Origin: Dehalococcoidia bacterium | GTDB taxonomy: Bacteria; Chloroflexota; Dehalococcoidia; Plut-88900 | Assembly (NCBI GenBank): GCA_965197645.1 | Contig: OZ240219.1 | Span: forward strand, 992,001-1,056,000 | Direction: 5' to 3' | Length of the DNA: 64,000 nucleotides | Part shown: positions 27,886-38,557 of the stretch, in pieces | Numbering within the stretch: position 1 is the stretch's first letter | How the letters are laid out: each line of letters opens with the position of its first letter | The notes under the pieces: generated by a model | What the model saw: only the letters and a program-made list of their open reading frames with translations | What the model was told of the DNA's origin: nothing | The model's database searches: none | Made by a program: the position numbers and the translations under genes

Positions 27886-28943
27886 GGTGTCTCCCCCTCT
27901 GCGAAAGCCAGTATTCGTGCCGGATTCTCGACCAGCAGCTTATCGATGACCTCTTCTCGGAAGCCTCTACGCCGCATGTGAGGCGTGATGTTTTCCAGGG
28001 TATGGGCGTAGCCGTGGCCCCCGTAGCGGACCAGCCGGTTCTTGCCCGACATATCGTGGGAGGTCAGCACCTGGTCTCCATGTCCCTCGTCGACCAGCCA
28101 GGCGATCAGGCGCAGTCTCTCCGCATCGTTCATCAGGTCCTTGAGAGGGTTCCAGAAGTAGAAGGAGTCCTCGACGCCAAACAGATCGTACTCCAGGTAG
28201 CAGCCGGTGTCGGCCAGAGCCTTCAGGGTGTCCCGGTCCTCTATGGTGCGGTCCAGGTGGCCCATGATGGTACGGGAGATATCGGCGCTCGCGCCGCGGA
28301 GAACATCGATGATCTCCAACGGCGAGTCGTTGTGGCGGCCGGGATGGATGAGAATCGGAGCTCCTGTGATGCGTTGGGCGCGGGCGGAGGCCCTGAGCAC
28401 CTTCCGTTCGTTGTCCTCGAGAGGCCAGGTGCAACCCACCTCGCCGATGATTCCCGACTTTACGCCCGTATCTCCCACACCGTGACTGATATCTCGAACT
28501 ATCTCGTCGACTATTTCGCCCTCGGTCTTATCGCCCATGCCAGCGGGGTGTGCGGCCCCGACGTAGTAGGATGCGCCCATAACGATGTTGATGCCGCTGC
28601 CTCGCGCCACTTGGGCGAGGCCCTCGGGATTCCTGCCCAGTCCTACCGAGGTGGCCTCCACGATGGTGCCGCCGCCCGCCTGTTTGAAGATGCGGGTCTC
28701 GTCGATCATCATGTCGACGTTATCGAGCCGGGAGTTGTCCAGGTTTACGCCGTGCTTGTATCTGACCCACCCCAGGATCTCCATGGACAACGGTTGATGA
28801 AACCGCTCGCGTAGCTCGGGGTCATCGGGCTCCGGGAAGAGGGCCGATATGTCCATCAGGATATGCTCGTGGGTGTGGGTTACGCCCAGGTCGCCGGGGT
28901 CTACCTCCCCGAGAACAGTCTGTACCTTTCCTGCCGTTACCAT
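27882..28943 (-). CDS. Phosphotriesterase-related (PHP/PTE) metallohydrolase
   Basis: VQTVLG, THTHEH, GGTIVE, GIIGEVG, ILIHPG, GHLDR, SHD. Confidence 0.92.
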   Translation of the reverse strand: MVTAGKVQTVLGEVDPGDLGVTHTHEHILMDISALFPEPDDPELRERFHQPLSMEILGWVRYKHGVNLDNSRLDNVDMMIDETRIFKQAGGGTIVEATSVGLGRNPEGLAQVARGSGINIVMGASYYVGAAHPAGMGDKTEGEIVDEIVRDISHGVGDTGVKSGIIGEVGCTWPLEDNERKVLRASARAQRITGAPILIHPGRHNDSPLEIIDVLRGASADISRTIMGHLDRTIEDRDTLKALADTGCYLEYDLFGVEDSFYFWNPLKDLMNDAERLRLIAWLVDEGHGDQVLTSHDMSGKNRLVRYGGHGYAHTLENITPHMRRRGFREEVIDKLLVENPARILAFAEGETP

Positions 28944-28956
28944 TTGCTGGGCTTCC

Positions 28957-30105
28957 TTACACGTAGGGGAGTACCTTGGTCATGAAGAGATCGAGGCTGG
29001 ACATCACCTTGTCGTGGGGAAGGCCTCCCGTCTCCGACCAGACCATGATGTACTTGATCCCGCTCAGCTCCTTCAGCTCCTGGATCTGCTCGACCACCTG
29101 CTCGGGAGATCCGGCCAGGATCAGCAGCTGTTGCCGGAAGAACTCCCAGCCCAGCTCGTAATTCGTGTTTGGCTTCTCATCCTCGTCCGTCCAGTAGCTG
29201 GCGGGCCGGGTGCGGGCGGAGACCTCGTAGTAGGGGGTGAAGAAGTGGTCGGCGTCCCGTTTCGCCTCCTCGTAGGAGGGCGCCACGTGTACCGAGCGTA
29301 AGGCCGCTATCTCCTCGCCGATTTCATACTTGCGTCCCTCCCTGGAGCCCCGGGTCTCGGCGTAGATGCTCATCCTCTGCTTGAGCCTGCGAGGTGGTTG
29401 TATCCAGACCAGGCCATTCATGCCCAGCTGGGCGGCCTCTGTGAAGGAGGGCTCGGAGGTCATGAGCATCCAGAGGGGAGGGTGGGGCTTCTGGTACGGT
29501 TTGGGGCCGAGGCGCATCTTCACGATCTTGCCGTCTTTCACGGCATCGATGTCGGACGGAGGCGCGGAGGAGCCCCAGGAGAAACCGTCCTGGGGGTACT
29601 TGAAGTAGGTGCCTTGATGGGAGAAGAACTCTTCCACCCAGGCCTTTCTCAGTATCTCGATCACCTCAGCGAAGTGCTCCCGGGAGGCGGTCTGCTGTTT
29701 CGGGTCGAACCGGACGGCCTCGTCGGGCCACACGCCTTTGAGCTGGGGGTTCAGGTTGGCGACGTCGAAGGGGCTGATGCCGCGGCCCAACCCCACCTCG
29801 ACCCGGCCCCTCGTCATGTGGTCCAGGAGCGCGATGTCCTCGGCCAAGCGGAGGGGCTGCCAGCAGCCGGCGACGTTGGTCTGGCCGATGTGAATACGAT
29901 CGGTGTGCGCCGCCAGCATGGCACCGGTCATCAAAGGGTTAGTAGAACAATCGTAGTCCGCGTTAAAGTGGTGCTCATCGACCCAAGCGCAGTGGAACCC
30001 GGCCTCCTCGCAGATGGCCACCTCCTCGCGCAACTCGTCCAACAGGTCTGCGTAGACCCTGTCCAGGGTGGGCTCCATCATTGAGCTGTACAGACCGAAC
30101 TTCAT
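28957..30105 (-). CDS. LLM-class (luciferase-like) flavin-dependent monooxygenase
   Basis: MKFG, GF..AWVDEHHF, PLRLAEDIALLD..TRGRVEVGLGRG, PKPYQKPHPPLW. Confidence 0.92.
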   Translation of the reverse strand: MKFGLYSSMMEPTLDRVYADLLDELREEVAICEEAGFHCAWVDEHHFNADYDCSTNPLMTGAMLAAHTDRIHIGQTNVAGCWQPLRLAEDIALLDHMTRGRVEVGLGRGISPFDVANLNPQLKGVWPDEAVRFDPKQQTASREHFAEVIEILRKAWVEEFFSHQGTYFKYPQDGFSWGSSAPPSDIDAVKDGKIVKMRLGPKPYQKPHPPLWMLMTSEPSFTEAAQLGMNGLVWIQPPRRLKQRMSIYAETRGSREGRKYEIGEEIAALRSVHVAPSYEEAKRDADHFFTPYYEVSARTRPASYWTDEDEKPNTNYELGWEFFRQQLLILAGSPEQVVEQIQELKELSGIKYIMVWSETGGLPHDKVMSSLDLFMTKVLPYV

Positions 30106-30202
30106 GGGACAGCCACCTCCCTTTTCGATACTCCTACACCGGCCCTCCGAGGGGACGCCGCGCAGCTAGCCTAGCACCACCGGTTCGGAGGGTCAAACAG
30201 GG

Positions 30203-31366
30203 CTAGTAGAACAGTCCTTTGGGGTCCATGCCCAGGAAGAACTGGCCGGCGGTCTCGTAGTGGGCCATGCGTCCCTGTATCTGCTGGGTGATGGTGTGAA
30301 CGTCCTGGAAACGCCGCTGGATGGGATTGTACTGGAAGATGCTGCTGGAGCCGCAGACCTCGTAGGCGATGTCCACCACGTCTGCGGCAGTGCGGATGGC
30401 GTGGGTGGCGGCCACTCGCAACCGGATCCGGTCCTCGAGGGTCAACGAGCGGGTTTCGCAGGCGCTGCGCCAGACCATCTCAGCCGACTGGAACAGAAAG
30501 GCCCTGGCCGAGCCCCACAGCGCCTCCGCACGACCGATGCTCCTCTGGGTGGTGGGCTTGTCCCGAAGCAGGTTCTCCTCGAACTGGGCCTTCTTGCCGC
30601 CCGCCATCTCGATGGCCGAGTCCACAGCACCACGAGCGACCCCCAGCGCCACACAGGCGAACCCCGCCGGAAATAGGAGGTTGGTCGTGATCGCGTACAG
30701 AGGGCCATCCACACGAGGCTTGTCATCGGAGTCGTAGACCCTGCTGGCTGGAACGAACAGGTCCTGCACCTGGAAAGTGAAGCTGCCCGTGCCCCGGAGC
30801 CCTCCGACCTGCCAGACGTCGACGAACTCCACCTGGTCTTTGGGAACCAGCATCGTCAGGCCCTCTCTGTGCGCCTTTCTCGGGTCCAGGTTCCCGTCGG
30901 ATGGGTCGGCCGGCGTGGCAGCGATCATCCAGGTGGCGTGTTGGCAGCCGCTGCTGAAATTCCAGCGGCCCGTGAGGCGGTATCCACCCTCCACGGGGAC
31001 AGCTTTGGCGGAAATGATGGGCCCGTTGGCGAGGACGGCACGCTGGTCGCTCCATATCTCCCTGACCAGCTCTTCCGGCATGGTGGCCGCGGTGCTGGCC
31101 AGTACCGTGTTCTGGTTGAGGCACCAGCCCACGCTGCCGTCGGCCTCGGCGAAGGTCTGGACGATCTCCAGGTAGTCGAGAAGATCGATCTCGAAGCCGC
31201 CCAGGGACCGGGGGATCAGAAGGCGGAAAAAGCCACGGTCTATCATCTCGTTGGCCAGCTCCTCCGGCAGCCGCCGCTCTCTATCGATCAGGTCCGCGGC
31301 GGCCGAGACCCGGGGGACCAGCTCCCGAGCGGAGTCCAGGAAGGAGACTTTTTCCGTCTGCGTCAT
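30203..31366 (-). CDS. Acyl-CoA dehydrogenase-fold flavin monooxygenase (HsaA/C2-like hydroxylase component)
   Basis: ERRLP..P.SLGG, DGSVGW, GGYRLTGRWNFSSGC, W.VGGLRGTGS, QRRFQDVH. Confidence 0.88.
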   Translation of the reverse strand: MTQTEKVSFLDSARELVPRVSAAADLIDRERRLPEELANEMIDRGFFRLLIPRSLGGFEIDLLDYLEIVQTFAEADGSVGWCLNQNTVLASTAATMPEELVREIWSDQRAVLANGPIISAKAVPVEGGYRLTGRWNFSSGCQHATWMIAATPADPSDGNLDPRKAHREGLTMLVPKDQVEFVDVWQVGGLRGTGSFTFQVQDLFVPASRVYDSDDKPRVDGPLYAITTNLLFPAGFACVALGVARGAVDSAIEMAGGKKAQFEENLLRDKPTTQRSIGRAEALWGSARAFLFQSAEMVWRSACETRSLTLEDRIRLRVAATHAIRTAADVVDIAYEVCGSSSIFQYNPIQRRFQDVHTITQQIQGRMAHYETAGQFFLGMDPKGLFY

Positions 31367-31386
31367 CGGCTTGAACCTCTTTGGTA

Positions 31387-32430
31387 TCAGCTGCGGAAGT
31401 GGGGCATTATCTTGCTGCCGACCTCCTCCAGCATCCACTTCTTATCGATGATGGTGTAGGTGGCCGTGGAGACGGTGGTGACCCCAGCCTCGACAAACTT
31501 TTCGATCCCTTCGCAGATCTCATCCACGGAACCGACCAGGTGAATGCAGTCGATCATGCGCTGTGTCATGAACTGGGAATAGGGGGCGTCGATCTTCTCG
31601 AACCAGGGGTCGTATCCGTCGGGCCGGGTGAACTCGGCGCGGGCGGAATCGTACCGTTTCATCTCGTCGACTATTCCCGGGCTCTGCCTGTCCAGGTCTT
31701 CGAAGAGCTTGACTATCTCCGGTTCCTTCTTGTTTCGCTCCAGCACGTGAAGGCCAAAGGGCACGAAGCCGGACAGCTCCCTACGAGCGCTTTCCTTGTC
31801 ATCGGTGACGTAGATATAGGAGCGGACGCAGATGTCTATCTTGGTGGGGTCTCGGCCGGCCTTCTCGGCGCCCCGATAGATGTTGTCCACCTTCCATTTG
31901 ACCATGTCCGGCGGCCCGCCCATGAAGTAGACCCCGTCGGCCACCTCGCCGGCCAGCTCCAGGGACCGCGGGTTGTCGGCCGCCAGATACAGGGGCACGG
32001 GGCCGCGTACCCACTCCGATATCATCCTCTGCCCTTGGTACTCCGCCTCCTCGCCGGCGAGGAACTTCCTGACGAACATGGTCGCTTCTCTAAGCTCCTT
32101 ATGAGGGATGGGCTTCATGATCTTGCCGAAGGGGCCGCCGGCGCCCATTCCCAGGAAGAACCGGCCGCCCGTCAGCTCGTTGAGGGTGGCGGAGGCGTTG
32201 GCAAGAACGGAGGGATGATAGGTCCGCGGGTCCACCACGGCCTGCCCGATACGGATGCGGCTGGTGCTCATGGCGGCGATGGTGGCCATGACGTGCGCGT
32301 CCCGGGCGAGGTAAGGCTCGTCGACCAGGGTCATATGGGAAAAACCGGCCTCTTCGGCGGTGCGCGCCAGATCGGCCATTTCGTCAATCCTCTCGTTGCG
32401 GCCCATGCCGACGCCAAAGTTTACTTTCAC
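31387..32430 (-). CDS. LLM-class oxidoreductase (Mer-like, probably F420-dependent)
   Basis: AEEAGF, TSRIRIG..V.P.T.HP, ELTGGRF.LG.GAG, LAGEVADG. Confidence 0.9.
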   Translation of the reverse strand: MKVNFGVGMGRNERIDEMADLARTAEEAGFSHMTLVDEPYLARDAHVMATIAAMSTSRIRIGQAVVDPRTYHPSVLANASATLNELTGGRFFLGMGAGGPFGKIMKPIPHKELREATMFVRKFLAGEEAEYQGQRMISEWVRGPVPLYLAADNPRSLELAGEVADGVYFMGGPPDMVKWKVDNIYRGAEKAGRDPTKIDICVRSYIYVTDDKESARRELSGFVPFGLHVLERNKKEPEIVKLFEDLDRQSPGIVDEMKRYDSARAEFTRPDGYDPWFEKIDAPYSQFMTQRMIDCIHLVGSVDEICEGIEKFVEAGVTTVSTATYTIIDKKWMLEEVGSKIMPHFRS

Positions 32431-32555
32431 TGTAACTCTCCTTCGGGATACGCTCCCGTTCTTATGGTAGGCCCAATGCTAACACGGTATCGCCGGAGGG
32501 TGTAGACTAAGCGCCGAATACTCGGATTTACCGGGCCCCGATGAAGGAGGACGCC

Positions 32556-34475
32556 ATGGCCGACGACGGGCTGCGCATCGAGAGGAACCTGCAGATCCAG
32601 CTCAGCGACGGCGTGTCGCTGGTTGGCGACGTGTACATGCCCGATAGCGGCGGCCCGTTTCCGGCGTTGCTCGGCTTCACTCCCTATCGAAAAGACGATA
32701 TGGGAGGCTCCTTTTCCGACTACGGTCGGCGTTGGTTTGCCAGGCACGGCTACGCCTGCGTCCTGGTGGATTTTCGTGGGCTGGGAGGCTCGGAGGGGGT
32801 AGCGGAGGGAGCGATGCACCCCCAGGAGAGCAAGGATGTAGCCGAGGTGGTGGAATGGGTCGCCGCCCAGTCCTGGTGCGATGGAGGAGTGGGGATGTGG
32901 GGCGTCTCCTACGAAGCGATCACGTCTCTGGAGGCCGCCGCCCAGAACCCGCCCCATCTCAAGGCTATCGTCCCCATTCAGGGAGCCTTCGACATCTACG
33001 ACGACTGGTTCTATCCTGGGGGATGCGCCAACATGCTGGGCGCACCGGGCATGTGGGGCTCCTTCATGCTTGGCCTCAGTCTCATGCCCCCGACCCTGCA
33101 GGACAATGAGGGTAGATGGTACAGGATATGGCGAGAGCGGCTGGAGACCAACGAACCGATGATGCTCTCATGGCCGGCCCATCCCGATAAGGATGAGTTC
33201 TGGCGCTCCCGGATACTCGAAGTGGAGAAGATCACGGTGCCGACCTACGCCATCGGGAGCTGGTGGGATATTTTCCCCGAGGCGATGACGGCAGTCTACG
33301 GCAAGCTCTCGGGGCCCAAGAAGCTGTTGATGGGGCCGTGGATGCACGGCAATCCCGATGACTCCGCCTTCGAGCCGCTGGATGTCCTCAGGGAGCTGCT
33401 TCGGTGGTGGGACCACTGGCTCAAGGGCGAGGACACGGGAATAATGGACGAACCTCCCGTAACCATCTACGTCCAGGGAGGTGGATGGAGGCATGAGACC
33501 GATTGGCCCAGCCCCGTGGCCGATGATACGAACCTGTTCCTGGGCGGCGAAGGCAGCTTGGTCGAAGAGGCGCCGCCAACTCAGACCACCGATGGGTACG
33601 AAGCGGACCCGACTGTGGGGACCACTTCCACCCTGTGGGACCCCATGGCCATAGGTGTGGGAAAGCCCCTGGACCAGGGGCCCGACGACCTGTTATCCCT
33701 CACATACACTACCCGTCCACTGACCGAAGATATGGAGATAACGGGGTCGCCTGAGGCGGTGGTATACGCGGCAATAGACGGTGCCGAAGACGTAAACCTG
33801 GTGGCCAAGCTGTGCGACATCGATGGAGACGGCGGGTCATCCCTGGTGACCACCGGCTGGCTGAAGGGAGGCCATCACAGGTCCCACGAGACGCCCGAGA
33901 AGCTGGAACCGGGCCGGGTCTACGAATTCCACGTACCCATGTGGGCCACCTCCTACATCATCCCGAAGGGCCACCGGCTCCGGCTGAGCCTATCTTGTTC
34001 AGACTTTCCCCGGATATGGCCAACGCCATCGAACTCGACGGTAACGGTACACATCGGGAACTCTCGAGTCTGCCTGCCGGTGGTCAAGAGAGCTTCGGAC
34101 CTGCCCGCTCCTACCATCCTCCGTCCCGAGACGGACCCTGAGAGAAGTGAAGGGATGCTGGCCTCGGTACCTACGTGGACCATCGAGCACGACCTGGCCA
34201 ACGATACGAAGACGGTGCGGGTCGGGCAACATTCGGACACGATGCTCAAAAACGGGGGCAGGTTCAAGTACAGCCATGTCGCCGTCACGAGCACGAGCCG
34301 ATCACGGCCCGACGGCGCAAGCCTGAAGTCGGAGTCGAAGATCAGCTTCGAGTCGCCGTTGTCAGGGCTGATCGAAATGGAGTCCGATACCTGGTCTTCC
34401 CACCAAGCGATGGCATTGAACGTCCGCATCACGATGGACGGGCACGAGATGTTTCGCAAGAGCTGGCATCGCTAG
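32556..34475 (+). CDS. CocE/NonD-family serine hydrolase
   Basis: DGVSL..D.Y.P, TPYRK, GMWGVSY nucleophile elbow, GPWMH, HRLRL..S.SDFP. Confidence 0.92.
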   Translation: MADDGLRIERNLQIQLSDGVSLVGDVYMPDSGGPFPALLGFTPYRKDDMGGSFSDYGRRWFARHGYACVLVDFRGLGGSEGVAEGAMHPQESKDVAEVVEWVAAQSWCDGGVGMWGVSYEAITSLEAAAQNPPHLKAIVPIQGAFDIYDDWFYPGGCANMLGAPGMWGSFMLGLSLMPPTLQDNEGRWYRIWRERLETNEPMMLSWPAHPDKDEFWRSRILEVEKITVPTYAIGSWWDIFPEAMTAVYGKLSGPKKLLMGPWMHGNPDDSAFEPLDVLRELLRWWDHWLKGEDTGIMDEPPVTIYVQGGGWRHETDWPSPVADDTNLFLGGEGSLVEEAPPTQTTDGYEADPTVGTTSTLWDPMAIGVGKPLDQGPDDLLSLTYTTRPLTEDMEITGSPEAVVYAAIDGAEDVNLVAKLCDIDGDGGSSLVTTGWLKGGHHRSHETPEKLEPGRVYEFHVPMWATSYIIPKGHRLRLSLSCSDFPRIWPTPSNSTVTVHIGNSRVCLPVVKRASDLPAPTILRPETDPERSEGMLASVPTWTIEHDLANDTKTVRVGQHSDTMLKNGGRFKYSHVAVTSTSRSRPDGASLKSESKISFESPLSGLIEMESDTWSSHQAMALNVRITMDGHEMFRKSWHR

Positions 34476-34526
34476 CGAGGCAGAAGGTTTCATAAACCGA
34501 CGGGCCTACCGGACCGACAACGCACC

Positions 34527-36332
34527 ATGGTTACAAGAGAGGAAGAGGAACAGGCTCTCGAGGAGCATGACTCGGTATTTGGGAAGCACCGCAACTACGC
34601 TCCTCCCCAGTACGAGAGCTACACCAACAAAGCTATATACCTTGCCATGAGCGAAGGTCACCGGATAGCGATCGATGTTACGCTGCCCGCACCGCTGCCA
34701 TCCGACTCCAGAATCCCCACCGTGCTCTACGTTACACGATACTGGCGGGCGAAGAAGAGTGACCCCGTCGACGACCTGGACCTCTTCTTCACAAGTCACG
34801 GCTATGCATTCGTTCGAGCGGATGAACGGGGCACCGGGGCATCCTCCGGCACGTGGCCCCATATGTGGCCTCGAGACGCCCTCTCGGACTATCGGCAGAT
34901 AATCGACTGGATCGTAGCCCAACCCTGGTCAAACGGTAAGGTTGGTGGGATTGGGGTCTCCTATTGTGGCACCACCGCCCAGATGCTGGCGGCCACCGGA
35001 CACCCAGCTGTCAAGGCGGTGATCCCAAAGTTCATCGAGCTGGATGTATACACGGATATCATCTTCCCAGGCGGAATTCTACTGGGCCCGCTGTGGAAGG
35101 AGTATGTCGAAAGATGTCGGCAGCTGGACTTGAACCGGGACATGGACGCGAGCTCCGGCGAGTCCCTCGGCACGGTCAAACCGGTGGATGCGGATGCCGA
35201 TGGGTCGATGTTGGCTGCGGCCATCGACGAGCATAGGGCCACAAACCCCGACTTTCTGGCCAGCACGTTGGTGACCTTTCGTGATGACGTGATTCCAGGC
35301 ATTGGCGTGACGATAGACGACTTCAGTGTGCATGAACTGCGTGACGAGATAGAGCGTTCCCGGGTGGCAATTTACGGCTGGGGCAGCTGGAACGACGCTT
35401 GCACCGCCGGCACGGTGCTCAGGCGCTTCACCACATTCACCAACCCACAGAGGGCGGTCATCGGCGCTTGGAACCACGGCGGCGACAAGAACGCCAACCA
35501 GTACCGACCGGACTATTCTCCCCCCGTGCCCAGCTACCTCGCGCAGTGGTTGGAGGACCTCCGATTCTTCGACTATCACCTGGACGGTGTGGACACCGGA
35601 ATAGCGGACGAGGATCTGTTGATATACCTGACGATGGGGGAGGAGAGGTGGAAGCGCACCTCGGTCTGGCCTCCGCCCACCAGCTACCAGCGATGGTATG
35701 CTCACCCCGAAGGCGTGCTCCAGTCCGGCCCCTCTCCGTCGAAAACGGGCGCCGATCGATATGAGGTGGACTTCGAGGCAAGCTCGGGGAGCGAGACCAT
35801 CTGGCATACCGAGTTCTCCACCGAGGATGTCGTCTACGGGGATAGGGCCGGGGCCGATTCGCGCTTGCTGACCTACACTTCGAGACCGCTGGAAGCCGAC
35901 GTTGAGGTCACCGGACATCCCGTGGTGACTTTATACGTGACCTCCAACCGGGAGGACGGCGCCTTCTTCGTCTACCTGGAGGACGTGTTCCCAGACGGCG
36001 AGGTGAAGTACGTGACCGAGGGACAGCTGCGAGCACTGCACGGAAAGGTATCCAAGGACGAACCCCCGTATAGGATGTTTGCGCCTCATCATAGCTACAA
36101 ACGGGCCGACGCTGCCCCATTTGTCCCCGGCGAGGTGAAGGAGCTCGTGATCGGCCTTCAGCCCACCTCGGTCCTATTTCGCAAGGGGCACTGCATCCGG
36201 ATCGCTATTGCGGGCCATGACAAGGGTGCTTTTGAGCGAGTACCCCACGACGCAGAGTCCGGCGTAGTCATCCAGGTACAATGTAACGAGACCCATTCCT
36301 CCCACGTAGATTTACCCATCATCGCCAGGTAA
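34527..36332 (+). CDS. CocE/NonD-family serine hydrolase
   Basis: TRYWR, D.RGTGAS.G, QPWSNGKVGGIGVSY, IGAWNHGG, GHCIRIAIAG. Confidence 0.92.
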   Translation: MVTREEEEQALEEHDSVFGKHRNYAPPQYESYTNKAIYLAMSEGHRIAIDVTLPAPLPSDSRIPTVLYVTRYWRAKKSDPVDDLDLFFTSHGYAFVRADERGTGASSGTWPHMWPRDALSDYRQIIDWIVAQPWSNGKVGGIGVSYCGTTAQMLAATGHPAVKAVIPKFIELDVYTDIIFPGGILLGPLWKEYVERCRQLDLNRDMDASSGESLGTVKPVDADADGSMLAAAIDEHRATNPDFLASTLVTFRDDVIPGIGVTIDDFSVHELRDEIERSRVAIYGWGSWNDACTAGTVLRRFTTFTNPQRAVIGAWNHGGDKNANQYRPDYSPPVPSYLAQWLEDLRFFDYHLDGVDTGIADEDLLIYLTMGEERWKRTSVWPPPTSYQRWYAHPEGVLQSGPSPSKTGADRYEVDFEASSGSETIWHTEFSTEDVVYGDRAGADSRLLTYTSRPLEADVEVTGHPVVTLYVTSNREDGAFFVYLEDVFPDGEVKYVTEGQLRALHGKVSKDEPPYRMFAPHHSYKRADAAPFVPGEVKELVIGLQPTSVLFRKGHCIRIAIAGHDKGAFERVPHDAESGVVIQVQCNETHSSHVDLPIIAR

Positions 36333-36401
36333 ATCAGGGGGAGATTCGGCTATACTAGGCTGGCTTGAAAGGACATAACCGGCGCTGTAAAGGACTGAGC
36401 A

Positions 36402-37382
36402 ATGAAGTTCGATATATGTCTTCCCAACGGGATGGAGGGCCTACTGGTACCCGCCCCCTTCGCCGGCCCCGAGGAGATCACCAAGTTCGCCAGGGAGGCC
36501 GAGCGCTTGGGGTACAACGCCATATGGGCCTTTGATTTCATCGTTCCGGCTGCCGGCTTGCCCATCCCCGATGGTGAGACGCCCAACTGGTACGAGATGT
36601 TGACCACGCTAGCTTACGTCTCCGGGGTGACGGACCGGCTCAGGCTGGTCGCGGGGGTGGTGGTGCTGCCCAACCGGGAGCCGGTGCTGCTGGCCAAACA
36701 GGCGGCCACCATCGATCAGTTCAGCAACGGGCGGCTTGACCTGGGTATAGGATTGGGAGGCCGGCAGGAGTTCGAATCGATACAGCCTCGGGAGCGGGGC
36801 GCTTATCGAGGAGACATGGTCGATGAGAAGCTGGAGGCCCTCAAGCTCCTGCTGAGCCAAAGCAACGAGCCGGCCAGCTACAAGGGCAAGTACGTCGAGT
36901 TCGAGGATATCAACCTCGACCCCAAGCCGGTGCAGGATCCGCTGCCCATGTTCACCGCGGCGGAGACTCCGGCCCCGTTGAGGCGTGCAGTCAAGTGGGG
37001 CCTCACCCCGATCATACGGGACAAGGACCTGGTGGAGAGGAAGAAGCAGCTGGAGCCGCTGCTGGAGGAGCACGGCAAATCGCTGCAGGACATACAGATT
37101 GCGGTCTGGGCCGACATCAGTATCGAGCCGACCACCAAGGCAGCCGCCGACCGGTACATGAACAGCAGAATGGGGCTCTTCCGCAACCAGGACGCCGAAA
37201 GCCTGACCCGGGAACACTGGATCGGCACCGTGGAAGAGGTGGCGGAAAAGCTGGTCAGGATCAAGAACGAGGGCGTCGATCACGTGGTGGCCATGCATAC
37301 AGCCACCAATACCTTCGAGGAGATGATGGAACAGGCCCAGCTCTTCGCCGAAGACGTCAAGCCCCTGGTAGACAAGGCCTGA
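36402..37382 (+). CDS. LLM-class F420-dependent oxidoreductase
   Basis: AERLGY, REPVLLAKQAATID.FSNGRL.LGIG.G, PKPVQDPLP. Confidence 0.9.
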   Translation: MKFDICLPNGMEGLLVPAPFAGPEEITKFAREAERLGYNAIWAFDFIVPAAGLPIPDGETPNWYEMLTTLAYVSGVTDRLRLVAGVVVLPNREPVLLAKQAATIDQFSNGRLDLGIGLGGRQEFESIQPRERGAYRGDMVDEKLEALKLLLSQSNEPASYKGKYVEFEDINLDPKPVQDPLPMFTAAETPAPLRRAVKWGLTPIIRDKDLVERKKQLEPLLEEHGKSLQDIQIAVWADISIEPTTKAAADRYMNSRMGLFRNQDAESLTREHWIGTVEEVAEKLVRIKNEGVDHVVAMHTATNTFEEMMEQAQLFAEDVKPLVDKA

Positions 37383-37404
37383 TTGTAGAACCCGAGGAGC
37401 GAAA

Positions 37405-38442
37405 ATGGCAGACGCAGGCCCTACACCCAACGCTTTCGAGTTGCCGGACACCGTCGAGGCGATCGAGTACTACTACGAGCAAGGCCTCACCGATGGACTT
37501 CCGGTGGTGCCGCCCACTGAGCAAAGGGTGATTCAGTTCCTGGAGCAGGGTGGCGTCGAGCCCGACGAGGTGCTGGGTACCCGGCCCAGCCGCAACTGGG
37601 TGGTGACCGCAGATAAGGTGGCCATCAACGCCATAATGGCCGGGTGCCTTCCCGAATACGCTCCGGTTGTCCTGGCCGCGGTCAGAGCTATGATGAAGCC
37701 CGCGTTCAACGCCTCGGCAATAACCGAGACCACCGGGGGGATGTCGACGCCGATGGTACTGGTCAACGGACCGATCAGCCGAGAGCTGGACATCAACTCG
37801 GGCTGGAACCTCTTTGGGCCGGGCTGGAGGGCCAACTCGACCATCGGCCGGAGCCTGCGGCTGGTCCTCATCAATGTCTGCAACGAGGTCCCGGGCATCA
37901 GGGACAAGTCGGCCTTCGGCAGCCCCGCCCGTTACACCTGTTGCATCGCCGAAGCCGAGGAGACCAGCCCCTGGGAACCGTGGCACGTGGAAAAGGGATA
38001 CCCGCTGGACTCCAACGCGGTCACCCTCTTCGCCGCCTTTCCTCCCATGAGCGTCTCCAACTACGTCGACAACACCCCCGAGGGGATTCTGGACACGATA
38101 AGCCAGAACATCGCTGCCAACAACACGTGCCACGGCGAGGTGATACTCATCATGAGTGGCGAGCACCTGGCCACTATAGGGCCGGCGGGCTGGAGCAAGA
38201 GACGGGTGAAAGAGTACATCGCAAACAAGGTCGATGAGCTCAAGCCGGTCTTATACCTTGATCAGGGGCGTGGTTACGAAATGGGAGGATCGACTCCTCA
38301 GCCTTCCAAACCCCCGGCGAGACCCACTTCGCCGGACGACATCGACCTGCTGGTGGGTGGAGGGCCGGGAGGCGGGGTATCTGCACTGCTGCCCCTCTTC
38401 GGCATCGGCGATACGGTAATGGAACCGATTGTAGAGCCCTAA
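37405..38442 (+). CDS. Conserved hypothetical protein of the TDGLPVVPPT family
   Basis: GLTDGLPVVPPT, KVAINAIMAGC.PEY, VNGPI, RANSTIGR, AEAEETSPW.P.HV. Confidence 0.8.
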   Translation: MADAGPTPNAFELPDTVEAIEYYYEQGLTDGLPVVPPTEQRVIQFLEQGGVEPDEVLGTRPSRNWVVTADKVAINAIMAGCLPEYAPVVLAAVRAMMKPAFNASAITETTGGMSTPMVLVNGPISRELDINSGWNLFGPGWRANSTIGRSLRLVLINVCNEVPGIRDKSAFGSPARYTCCIAEAEETSPWEPWHVEKGYPLDSNAVTLFAAFPPMSVSNYVDNTPEGILDTISQNIAANNTCHGEVILIMSGEHLATIGPAGWSKRRVKEYIANKVDELKPVLYLDQGRGYEMGGSTPQPSKPPARPTSPDDIDLLVGGGPGGGVSALLPLFGIGDTVMEPIVEP

Positions 38443-38445
38443 AGG

Positions 38446-38557
38446 GTGGTGAAAAACTACTTCGACCATCCCCCTGGCCCCCTTCCTGGCCAGGAAGGGG
38501 GGAAGAAATAAAGATAGTTTCTGAGGGACACCCTCAGACTCCTGGCAAAGGGGCTTC
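38446..38557. repeat. MITE/REP-like element (left part) with palindromes
   Basis: 24-bp perfect palindrome CCCCCTTCCTGGCCAGGAAGGGGG (38478-38501) and CTGAGGGACACCCTCAG hairpin; related copies near 1457, 3643, 57775 and 58066. Confidence 0.7.

Noticed and set aside
37381-38439. GATTGTAGA(A/G)CCC direct repeat flanking the TDGLPVVPPT gene as a mobility scar
   Set aside because: Short, imperfect and partly coding; no mobile-element features.
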